Source: Trichoplax adhaerens | Taxonomy: Eukaryota; Animalia; Placozoa | DNA: 64,000 nucleotides | Reading direction: 5' to 3' | Assembly (NCBI RefSeq): GCF_000150275.1 | Contig: NW_002060955.1 | Location: 474,886 to 538,885 of the forward strand | Shown here: piece by piece, positions 38,997 through 51,612 of the stretch | Layout: every line of letters starts with the position of its first letter | How positions within the stretch are numbered: position 1 is the first letter of the stretch | Program-made: the position numbers and the translations under genes | Notes under the pieces: model-generated | What the model saw: the letters and a program-made list of their open reading frames with translations, nothing else | The model's database searches: none | What the model was told of the DNA's origin: nothing

Positions 38997-39931
38997 ACTA
39001 TGATTACTTTTCTGACGTTAGTATTAACAGTTGATGAAGTCAAACTCATTTACATTCTCAATAGACTATCAAACGCCCTTTCTTTAGATTAGGCAATTGC
39101 TCTTAAGTCATTCCTATAGTAATCTATATAAAACTTTGTAAAACAGCGAAGAAGAAAAGATAGCGACATCCTGATTTGGCAGGGTAAACCTTAAGGATAC
39201 TATCGCTTTCTAGGTATTTTCTATAGTAAAATAATAATAGTTTCATATTAAAAGCTGTAAAGGACTGCGCTTTTAGTCCTTTACTACAGATTTGTAACTA
39301 CACTACTCCGAATTATTACCTTCATACTTTGCTGTTGATACACTGACCTCTAAAAGTTATCCCCGTTAAAATAAAAACAATAGCTACAATGGTATAATGC
39401 TACAACAGCAAGACAGATCCTAGCATGATTGTCTGTAGTCAATTACATTATATATGAGTTTCAAAGACCATTAATTAAGAATTTTAAACGGATCCAATTA
39501 ATAATATAATCAATCAACACAAAACGCAGGATAATCTTAGCATGTTTATTACTACTGCTTGCACGTAAGTATTGCAGAGCAATTTCAATTTTCATATTTC
39601 CCAAGTTATCAGCTAATTAGTACCGAAAACGATCAATTTACCCTTTATTAGCTGATATTAGAATGCCAAATTTACAAGACGATCAATATCGACAAACTCG
39701 ATATCATGTAGAATAAAGAGAGTTTTTAAATGAACTACGGTAATTTACTATCATGAAACCGTAAAGTTTATGGCTTGAATTACTACACGGTGTAGTGATT
39801 CATCCATATTTGATTATAAGGATAGCTATATTTGATTGTGTTAATAGCTACATTTGATATAGTTAGGTTATTCTGAATAGATATTATCATGAAGCTAATA
39901 TTAGATGATTGCTAACTACTATATTAGAAAT

Positions 39932-40375
39932 TGTTGATGACTAATACTAGCCAGTTGACTAACTATGGTACAAGATTTATGTGGCAAGAAACACTGTAGT
40001 CGTTAAGATGCCCTTCGGAGAAAGGGGCTAGACGTTAATAGAAGAGAAGTAACCTCTTATGTACAATGATTTAGATTGTACAATAGAAGATAACGATGTA
40101 CTATTAGAGAAAAGTATTTTGTTTGATGACTCATGTCTAATTGTAGATTAATCAAGTTGTCAGAAATGGATTTAATAAAATGTATATAAGAACTTCAGAG
40201 ATGAGCTCACGAGAAGAAGAGACTTCACTTCGATTTGCGCCCGGAATACTTTAGATTTTAGACTATATTCTTGTAGTAATTAGTTATTGTTCTACTATTC
40301 CTAAAATCTTGTTATAAAAACCTTATAGAAAATACCATTTGACTAAGATAGTTATGATGAGACACTTTTATAACA
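39932..40375 (+). mobile_element. Possible solo LTR
   Basis: TGTTGAT...ATAACA; TATATAAG at 40183; no TSD found. Confidence 0.3.
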
Positions 40376-40639
40376 TGCAATGATGCTACTTTAACGATAG
40401 GTTAGCTATACATGAAGCTAGTTGGTCAAAATATAAAAGCCTAGATGTGCGGTAGTTGATTCGCGTTTCTTATTAACGTAATATAAAATACAGTATAGCT
40501 TATACTACACTCTCAGCTGCTTGCGAAATTATAGAACAGCGTAAGAAGCCTTTTACTATGCTCTTGCTTAAAAAAAGTCTCTGCTTGCCTGCAAGGACTT
40601 CCTTCTAATCTATTCTACTCATACTTTGATTTGTCTTAA

Positions 40640-41450
40640 GTTTTAATTTAAACTGATTTTGTCTATACAAGTTCTAATTAATTAAATTATACGTGTTTGA
40701 TTAGTATAAAACGTTCGGTAAGAAAACGATTTGAATACGAAGAAGAGAAACCGACTAGGATCTATACTAGCTACAGATTGCTACTCTCGCCTACCTAAAT
40801 TTGCCTTTAATTTAAATCGATTCTGTCTATACCGCACCGATATAATTATAATCATATGTGATTGGATTGTTAAAATGTTTGTCGATTTCCAGTGACTTGA
40901 TTCGAATATGAAAGAGAAGGATTTATGAAACAGCTGCTAGCTGGCCATCCTATCTCTATTTACCATAATTTAAACTGATTCCATTTATACCAATCCCATG
41001 GTATATATATATATATAGTCCAAGGCGATTTGATAGTTATAAACGCTTACTGATTTGCAATGATTCGATTTTGAATATGAAACAGAAATTGGAATGGGTT
41101 CAAGCTAGTACAGCTTCCTACCCATACGGTACTGTCTGAAATTACTTTAACTTAACACTGATACTATCTATACCAAATTCTGTTTAATCAATCCGAATTG
41201 ATTACGCAAAATGTATATTGATAAAATGATTTGACTTCAGTATGAAGGAGAAATATTTATACTGCTTGAACCTTAACTTAAACCGATTTCATCCATTACC
41301 ATACCTATATAATCAATGTAATCGCATGGTTGAAAAAAGGATTAGTAGATTAAAATAATTTAAATCCGCTTTGATTTGCTTCAATTCATTCGAACTAATT
41401 CTGTCTATACCAAGTTTATACAATTGAGCCTACAGTAATTTGATAGTTAA
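40640..41450. repeat. Degenerate tandem repeat, about 130-180 bp unit
   Basis: tttaatttaaactgatt.tgtctatac at about 40661, 40807, 40967, 41146, 41273, 41395. Confidence 0.7.
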
Positions 41451-41531
41451 AAATGCCGGATCAAATGCGCAGTAATACATGGCAGTTATAGTAGTCCATG
41501 AATTAAGTAGTTCATTACTCATCTAGCTATA

Positions 41532-41746
41532 TGTTATTGGATGCCGAGATTTCTTCAGTATTAAATGATAGTAAATCTCTGACTTTCTCGTCTACATCAT
41601 CTGTGACGCTATAATTATATCATAGTATTCGGTCGTTGGAACTGAATTATTTGGTGATATAGCTAATCTCGCCTCTTTAAGTTAGTAAGTGGCGTTCTCC
41701 GCAAGGATTGGCGTGTGTAGACTACTTTGTCACTAGTGGTGTGACA
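41532..41746. mobile_element. Short (215 bp) family-2 LTR-like insertion
   Basis: TGTTA...TGACA; TSD CTATA (41527-41531 / 41747-41751); body matches about 15878-16087. Confidence 0.88.
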
Positions 41747-43010
41747 CTATACTGTTGCTAATTGTACTGACTACTTTACTAGTAGTAACGAAGAGTACAT
41801 AAATAGAGCTAGTTCAGATCAAAATGATTCTTTTTCTTAATATTAATCAATAGTCCCTTGGTGATTGATACGAAAGTAAATGGATCATAGGTAAATGTCT
41901 ATTTCACAGGTTTTAGTATATCTCCAGCAGCTGACTTAGTAATTAATCTAGAGGAGAGGTTGGAATTTTGTTTTTGAGTACTGTAATCTCCGGTTATGCT
42001 TGATAAACATTAGAGCAGCTAATTTTATGTGTTCAAAATTATCCTATTAAATATATTACTAGCAGTAATAAATTGAAATCATGGCTGATAGAGACAACAA
42101 AAAATGGATAGAGAATATCTAAGTTGCAGGTCAATTTTCATTAAAAACGAGCCTAAACGGTATTCTATTGATGATTTGATATCAGTAGACATGAAATCAG
42201 GAAAGGCTCATGTAATTACTATTTAAACCCAATAGCAAACTATGATTCTGTCTATCGTAGTCCAATATACATCAGTAGAATTACTGTAACATGACAGTCA
42301 AATTTATAGAAAATAGATGGAAAACTAATTCATTCGGAAACGATTAATTAAACTGTTATTACAATGGATAAGTAATTCTTAGTAAAGCAATTATGTTTTC
42401 ATCTATTGCCGATAACTAAAAAGGTTTGGTAGGCGGTATTTTGGAATATATAACAAACAAAAGTGCTTTCAGGTTTAAAGAAATTCAAGTTTTTATCACG
42501 ATAGCATGCTGAAAGGTTTATATTGATGGTCATTAGTGATGCATTGTTGTTTAGAGATCCCATGAAACCTATAAGGAGATAAAGAAGTAAACCAGATAAA
42601 ATTATTCGATACAGTAGCTAGTTATGAAATAGGATGAAATCCTGGTACCAAATAGTAAGGGTATACTCGTAAACTACATTCTGACCTATCGGCTTGATAT
42701 CTATTTAACTGTAGTAGAGTATCGACGACCAGATGAAATGCGATATAGAAGTTGTGACATGAAGAAGTAAGTATAATACGTATTATAGGTTTAGCTTGCT
42801 TTTGTAGATTTTTTAGTTTCGTTTAGCGCTTCATGGACATTTAGAGGAAAACCTTAGTCTAATACATTAGTGTAGTGTCTAATCAGCGAGAGTTGCTATC
42901 TGCTAATGTAAAAGGTATAAATATAGTACGCAAAGTAGAACGAGAAAGGGATCGACTGGTCAAAATTATCGTATAAATTCTACGCGTACGTAGGATTTTC
43001 GATACCATAT

Positions 43011-43988
43011 TATAACGTAACTTAGTTTAGATTGTGAATTATTAGCTACAATGAACGATAGTGTAGTTTTCTATATTTCTACTAAAGCATATTTAGTAGC
43101 TCATAGCTATAAACAGGATTGAAGATTTTATGTTAGAGTACAGATGAGCATATCTAGCAGGGAGTTAAGTCATTAATTTTTGACGCTACAGGTAAAAAGT
43201 AGATACGTAACTCATACATTAGGATATGCTTAGTTCATCGTATCTTGACTAGTAGAAATAATGTCTACCTAAATATTAAGTGATCATTGCACCGGACTAT
43301 ATAAACGGTTCGTTTTAAAATGCTGTTACTACTAAGAATTTACACATCTAAATATATGTAAAGCTAGCCGGTGTAAACCTAGCTTCGCCAGGCTTTTCTA
43401 CATATACAAAACACGCGTAGCCGAGCGTTATCTCCCCAAATTTTAAAGTAGTGTACGAACTTTAATTTTTCGCATAAAACGTTTAATGCCCACTAATTGA
43501 ATATAGAAATTTCTATAAGTAATTTAGTATGCAGTATTGTATATTCGATTGCAATAAATTTGGGCAACATCAGGCGCTGGATATGATATTTCTGCCTAAC
43601 CTCTAGACACGCCCAAAATTCGCACTTTATGATTCAATTTCCTTAAGATTAGTTAAATTGGTGAGTTTTAAATTTTAAATTTAAGTCCGTGAGGGCCATC
43701 TACGCTTAATGCTGATTCTAGAAGTATGCATAGTTTTCCCCTCTCACTCTCCGTTTGGCCGTGATGGTATTACAAAAAATTCGACTTTTACTTCATTGAA
43801 GCTGCCAACTCTACGAAAAGTATGTAAGCAGGCAACTGTTTTAGATTAATCAGTAGTTTTTCCACAAGTCTTTCTAGCAGTTGTATTCAGCTAGAGTAAA
43901 GCTGTGTGCAGATTCTCTTTGTATCTAGATCGAACAAGGTTCTAATTTTTTATCAATTTTAGAATTCCGCAACCAGTTAAATCTCGCA
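43011..43988 (+). mobile_element. Older, diverged family-1 LTR with an extra internal segment
   Basis: Colinear with 14142-14691 at both ends (taacttagt; gagtacagatga...ttcatcgta...aataatgtctac; gtattc(a/g)gctagagta). About 400 bp extra at roughly 43370-43780. Termini and TSD have decayed. Confidence 0.7.
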
Positions 43989-44229
43989 TAGAAATGATGA
44001 TACAGCACAATACAGTATTACTTCTATCCGTTTTTATATCGTGTTTTCATACTACTACGTTACGGTCAATTTTAGAAATTGAAAATAAAGCCTTCATATT
44101 ACCTTAATTTATCAAAACTTTTGATAGAGTTAAGAAAATTTTGAACGTAAACACTGATGTCTAGGATAGCCTGTACCAACAATGTTTCGCTACATTCACT
44201 ATTCGAACGCGATACTATAGATGCTATTC

Positions 44230-44485
44230 CAAAATCATTCAGATACTTCAGATGCTTGCTATTATTTTATAACAAAATACAGAGCTGACGATATCAACAT
44301 TCTAGAGTAAGTTGGGTACAGTATTTTTAAAAATCATTCAGATGTATGGTTCTGTTTTATAACAAAACGAAGAGTTGGCGAAATCAACATTCAATAGTAA
44401 TTGATAGACTGTATTCTAAACAATTCATACCCAAATTTTTATTTTATAACAAAATATGGAACTGGTTACATCAACATTAAAAAGT
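44230..44485. repeat. Short degenerate triplication
   Basis: ttttataacaaaa...atcaacatt at about 44264, 44356, 44442. Confidence 0.7.
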
Positions 44486-47400
44486 ACGGTAGTCAGCATC
44501 TCTATGCTCAAAATAAGTAAGCAAACCAATAAAATTGAGAACATATTACAGGCGCCTAATCACCCATTCGATCATTTATTCTGTGAATTCTTATAAAAAT
44601 GCAGAATGTAATCTTGTCTAATGGTCTACGGCAGTCGTTTAGATATTTCCCAAATAAATTAAGTGATATTGATTTTTGATACCAAAAACATGATTTTTTC
44701 CAATATTGAGTACTATTCATTAATTACTTTAATAAAATTATTCAAGCTAGTAAACAGAATATGAATTAGAATTAACCAAGAAAAATAATTCAACCTATCA
44801 AGTAGAAAATGAAGTAGAATGATCATGGGAAGAAATAGGATATGACGGAACATGAACATTATCAAATGAAAAAGGTTTATATTAATTTTATAGCTGGGCA
44901 AGACAGTATCTATATACATTATAGATAACATTCAGAACTAATCAATTTACAAATGACAATAAGAATATTAATTATCAGCACAACACATGATGATATAAGT
45001 CCAAAGATAATCGCTACTACAGCACTCTATAATAAAATTTACGATCAAACTAAGTTAGATCACATTTATCATGCAGAAATTATGATCGGCTAGTTACTAA
45101 CCAATTTTAATCTTACCTTTGTTCTAGCATTTTAAGAATAAAATAATTTATACAATGTACTAATTTAAGGCGCAGTAACAGATTTATTGACGAATATGAG
45201 AACAAGCAAACCACATGTGCAGGCTTTATCTTACTCAAATCTGACAAAGTAGATAACCAGAGGATCAATAGCATGGGTGGAGATTAAAGGAAGGTTTATG
45301 TCTATCATCATTGGCGTGAGTACATGTAAATAAATTTCCATTTTACATCTGATTAATTATTCAGTTAAGCATGTGATAAATAGACATGATGTAATAAATA
45401 TAACTAATTCAGACACAATCGATAGACTACAGGATGTACGCCATCATCCTGAGAAACTTTTACTGCAGATAATTTATTTTTACTCAAACTCTATTCAAAT
45501 CGACCTCATTCAGTATAAAAGCTCCTTACAAGCTAAAGTTTAAGTAAAATATTCTTACAGTAACTTACAACTTTAATTTTAGAACTGTAAATAATTACGA
45601 TCTATTTCCATGTGACGCGCTATAAATAACTTTTTATAAGATATCTAGGAGTAGACAGATCCATTGGTCTGATTTGCATGAGTGAATTAATAATTAGATT
45701 AACCCCAACCAATTTAGTATCCTCAAATATAAAAAATGTTTACAACATCTTAAAGATTAATACAGGAGTTGAAAGCATCAATAATTCCAACTCATACTAG
45801 AGTAATTCTGCATCTAAATTATTCCGAACTAAAACTAGTTGTTTGTCACTATCAATCATTCCCGTATAAATTTCTGCAATATAATTATGAGTTCAAGCAG
45901 CCATTAACCACGAAAACAAAATATGCAAGAGTTTAAAAAAAATTAATTTTATACTCCTCTTTTTCCAATTTTGACTTGATTATAAAAAAAAGAAAATTAT
46001 GATTTCATAAAATTGATTAACAATATATACCCATGTTTAATATTTATAAAGAAAAGTAATATAAATATCAATAATGTTGTAGCTGTCAACGCGGAACAAA
46101 CCGGTAGCAATGTACCAAAATATAGTAAAGAAAAGTACTTGTCGATAAGATGGCCGTTTAAATTTCCGCGTTAACTTATTATGTCTGGTTTTCATTCAAA
46201 TGCAATAGTTATTGTTCTGAATAAAGATAATTATTTTTTTATATTTAATATAAGCCAAGTTGATCGACATATCAATAATAATTCGCGTAAATTCAAATCT
46301 ATTATGAAAAAGAAAATGGATGAAAGAAAGGATTGATTAGTATTATTGTGATATTGAAAAAAAATTCGCGACATAAGACTTGAAATGATGCAATCTTCAA
46401 TATCCTCCATATTCAATGTACAGTACGTCGTATGCAACTTTTATTAGTAAATAGAATATAGAAAAAGGGAAGATTTCTGTTTTTACTGTACTTAAGGAAC
46501 AATATATTGCAGTAGAAGCCGATAAAAAGCGTATATTATTATACCGTAGGTTAGTATAAATTCATAGCTCGTATGTAGGTAGTTACTCGTGCAGTAGCCT
46601 TTTGTATCCAATTTGAAATACCATCATGATTAAATACTACTAAGTGAGTGTAATGAGTGTCTAAAGTACATTTACTGCCATTAATTTCTGTTTTTGCTAT
46701 ATACGATGTCGTCTCATTGTTAACTTGAACACCACATCTAATAAAAGGTTATCAAATTATTTCTCTCTTTACGCATCCTTTCTTTTCTTATCATTGGCGA
46801 TTATTACATTGACAGCCTGTATCCAAGACATGTCTGGAGCTATTATGATTCGTAAAAAATAATAATCATGAATTTTTCGCTAACGATTTTGTGATCACGA
46901 ACATATCTATAGGAAAAGTTGGCGTTATATTCATATTTCAATCCTGTATATGCTTTATTTTATGGCGAACTCGCCGAGCTCGTAGTCACCATAAGGAGCT
47001 ATTATTCGATTGAAAAGAACAGCAGTTTGATCGGTCTTATATTTACTTTTATATGTAATTAAAATATACCAATATACAATAGATCATATCTATCCATTAG
47101 CTTGTTATGAATTGCAAACTGACTACGATTTATGCTGTTTCTAGAATTAGTGCATATCTATATTAACTTAAAATTGTTATTAATCTTATTTATTACCTAT
47201 TTTACAAGTAGACCATTTGCAGTAATAATGTATATAGCTGTTAATAATATCTCATTTATCTCCGTTTGAAAACATTCACTTTAGTCATTTGTAATACAAA
47301 TCTACTATTTAGTTTAAGATCGAGTGCTCATCTATTGTCGTTTTAATGTACAGCTCAAAATCTACAATCATGTTAAGTAGAAATTTATTATTGTAAATAA

Positions 47401-49884
47401 GCAGCCAAAGATAAGATACAATCGTGGCATTCAGCACTTGTGATTATCAATGCATAATATGAAAATTGTATAGGAAAAATTATAAGGAAAAATTATAAAT
47501 ATTTAATTTACATACAGCACAAAATATTAAGTAAAAGTGCTGAAATCGGAAATTGGGTCGAAAATACTTCGTCTTTAAATCCGCCTTACTCGTACCAAAA
47601 ATAATTTAACAAATGAAAATATGATTTCTTGATACTAATCATTGGCATTTTATGCTTTTTGAAAACTCATTTCATCTGATAGCTATCATAAGATAAAAAT
47701 AATCAAATAAGACGTAATAATCTTAAATTATGGATATTTCCGATACGTTATGTACAGAACTACTTTGCTCCTACCAAATACGATAACATATTGAATATAA
47801 AAAATTTTATTACATTATGTTGATTATCACGCTTTAAATTCTTTTTCTTAAATTCATTACCTCTTGAAAGCTAGTAAATTATTTTTGGAGAAACTATTGC
47901 CAAATAGAAATCACAAGACTGGGATAGCTTATTCCTTACAAGTTTCATGAATAGTGTTATGTCTGCAGATAATCTTCAATAACATGGAATTAATACTTCA
48001 TCATCGAGAAGCTAAGCGAAACTTTGCTTACTTATTAGTAAAATATACAACGATGTTGGCTAATAACATATAGGAAAAAAGCATTACAATTTTAAGTTAA
48101 AGAATTGGTCAGCACGAATATTAAGGCGTACAGGCCTAATCGTCAGTAAAATTTTCATTTGTAAAATTGTTCGAAAGTTTCTTAATTTAAGAATTAATAG
48201 TGATCAGCTATAGTAGATAAAGAGGGTCCTGGTTGAGAACGATTTGTAGACCTGTTTCATGCAGATACAATTAATGACGAAATAAAAAACACCTAGTGAT
48301 AATGGATGGGAATAATGATGAAAGTGATTAAAATAGTTAATTTCGATACTAGACCTGTATAGCACGATAAGTTTATTGATTACCTGTCAACGATTTCCAA
48401 CCGGTAGAAATAGGCTAGATTGATTATTATTTATTAAATAAACGTGTGGGTAGCTCTAGCTAAACAAGTGCTTCAGCTATTATACGGGAAAGAGGAGTTA
48501 AAATCGGCACGTATGCACCGATGAATAAGTAAAATAACAAAAAATGAATAGAATGTCAACAATATTATGATAGAATTCCCTATATCCTAAAGCGTGAAAC
48601 TGTTGCCAATATCGATATCCTTATTGCGGTTATTGTCGTTCAATCTTGACGTTTCGACGATTCTCTTAAAATTTAGTCCGATTGAAGATGAACAATAGAG
48701 AATAGTGCGCTTGTATTTTCCATTTATTTAGGTTATGGTACAGTAAAAATAGACAATAACTAATTTTTAGACACAAGGCGATGAACTAAGATTAAAAGTC
48801 ATAATACGCAGCATTTTATTCATGATTGGGGTATCAGTTTTGAGATGCATGACATTATATATTTATCAATCATTGAACTTATACATAGACTAAAATAGGA
48901 GAAAAGTATTCTTCCTATTATTTTATTATTTCTCATCTTCACTACTCCATATCCTAATAAATAAAATAAATGAATCAAATTGATAGAAACTATCCTATAG
49001 TGACTATTGCTGATACACTCCATGATGAGTTTCCTAATCAGTTATAATGACTAAGTAAAGGTGTTATAGAACTGGTATTCCAATTTAAGTCCGATTAGTT
49101 GCTTTTTCTTTAATTTAGGGTAATCGTCGTCTGAAAATAACGACACCTCAAGTAAATCAAAGTTTACTATTTTAATCCCTTAGACACTCTATCCTATAGC
49201 TCAATCCTCTCTGTTTTGATCCTACCAATCAACAACGCCCGTCTATTCTATGCTTACACCGAGGAACTCTTACAACCTTTATTTGATAGCAAGCATGATC
49301 AATCCTATAGTTGTCTATACCAAGCACTGGTTAAAGCCAATTTACATCATCCAGCTGATTTGACTGCATTTTCCCCCTATAAAAATAATCAACACGATAA
49401 AGAATACACAACAAAACCTAGGATAACTGACAGGGATCGGTAATATTTTTCCTTCATTTCAATTCCACCAAATCATCTGCTATAGAAAACATGATATCAC
49501 TGCATTATTCCAGTTGATACTACCCATTTCTCCATCGAAAGTAAAAAACAGGCCTTATCCATTATTTTGAAATTAGATAGTTCCTCATTTCTGATAATAT
49601 CATTTTGGCTGTAAAGGACAATTCGATTCTATCAGAGCTAGACACACATGATATACTCGTAAACAACTTTCCGCGATAATATTATCAAGACAGATAAATA
49701 AGCCAAACCAGACACAGACAATAGATGGAGGATAAGGCAAGACAACTTCAAGATGGATATTATTTTTTAATCAATATTAAAAAATATCTATTTCTACGGC
49801 TTAAGAAATGATTCAAGTCAGATTGAATAATAACAAAAACATCCAAATACATGTCTGAAAATTATGCACGAGAATCAAAACAAC

Positions 49885-50195
49885 GTCCACACCCCCTAAT
49901 ACTTTCTGCTTCCATCAGCCAATCGTCGGGCTGCGATGAAGACCATGTGATCCAAAGGCGGTCTTTCCAATTAGATAAACTATCCTTGGCGTAGTTACTT
50001 CCTTATTGACTACAATATGATATAAGTCATCGTTTCCAACTTTCATCATCCAATCTTACTCATTGCTTTTGTCGTTTGATTTGGTTTGAAAATCGATCGT
50101 AGTCATTGCTGTATATGTTCCATATCGTTCATCGTTTCTTGCTTCTACTTTCCAATTGATTTGAATCATTTTTGCCATCTAATTTACCGGTAAGT
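49885..50195 (+). promoter_or_regulatory. Probable promoter and non-coding first exon of the ETS gene
   Basis: CACCC box at about 49889, CCAAT at 49919 and 49967, ETS core ACTTCCT at 49997, TATAAG at 50021, a pyrimidine-rich UTR-like stretch, then a strong donor CCG|gtaagt at 50190. Candidate acceptors at 51564/51577 lie before the ATG. Confidence 0.45.
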
Positions 50196-51612
50196 TCTCT
50201 ATCTAGATAAATAAACTCCAATTTCATGAAATAAATGCAATCCATTTAAATCCCTAATTCCTTATCACTCTTATTCCTTCAACCATTCCTCTTTATTAAG
50301 GATCAATATTCATTGACTTGCAGTTCCTTTTTTTTTCATATCCAATCGATCAATATAGTTGACGAGTGCGCTAGCAAATGGATCCGATTATGTAGCTATT
50401 CCATAGCAATATTGTTTTATTTCTTAGTCATTTACAGCTTTCCTGTTTTGACATGGATATTTCAGTTCCTTGTTCCATCTTGTATAAACTAGATTATAGT
50501 TTTATTCTTGTAGTCTTTGATAAAATAGGGTAAATAAGAGGCAGTAAGTTAACGATCCATTAAATTTTGATGATCACGATTACTTTGCCATAGTTTGCTT
50601 TGCAAAAGATCCAGTAGAATTGAGGATCTTTGTGGATAATTTACCTTATCCATAATTTCAATCGATTCCGTTTTTTTTAATTTCTATCAAGCTAATGTGC
50701 TGATTGCTGTAATTAGTTTAAGGCAGGAAGATGCCCTGTCGAGCTAATTAATAGGCTGGGTGATAGCTATGATGAATCATTACCCATCACATCGACTCGG
50801 ATAGACAGTTATGTTATGGCTACATTTTATACGGTACCTTTCAAAGTAATCTACATCGCACTATCTCAGTTACAGCATATTTTTCCAGTATATTTTTGTA
50901 GAAAAGATGGTTTAATACTGATATTGCAATTGAACTTCGGCGGACTTTAATGTCCACGTGGACGATAATTGAACTGGGTAACCAACCTGGGATTGGTGAT
51001 ATCAATTCTCACTTTTTTCTTGCATTCTTTAAGCAACGTGCATTCACTATTAACTTGCAAACTTTTATAAAAAATGTGGTTCATCTCATGACCTAAACAA
51101 CTATATCAACTTCTATGTTGCTACGGAGTACTCATCTCCATGTCAAATTAAATAATTCATTGTATACAATATATCTTAAGTTGAACTTCAAGATTAACGA
51201 ATACTAAGGCAAGCTTCTTTAATCAAGTTATTTCGTCTGCATGGCTAGCTAAATGATGATTAGTTTTCCTAATATAGGAATGAATCAACATGTGCCACTA
51301 CTGTTGAGTAACTGCATTGGTGAAATAGCAAACAGCTAGTAATTTTTATCTGTTATCCAAAATCAATTAATCGTTATATGTGGAAAGAACAATAATCTTG
51401 ATATGGCAGTAGATGCGATTCGTTTATGAGATAGCTATTCCTAATTTACTAAGAAATAATTCTCTACCAAAATGAATTTTATGATTTCCTATATTACATA
51501 CTAGTTGAAGAAATGATTATTTTCATTCACGATCTTAAACTTTGCTTTACTTAAACTATTTTAGGATATTTCTACAGGTCTAAAAACATAAGCTATATTG
51601 AAGGCAAAAAGA

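Noticed and set aside
45250-45320. Isolated AG...GTGAG-bounded open segment (ITRGSIAWVEIKGRFMSIIIG)
   Set aside because: No partner exons or recognisable homology; expected by chance.
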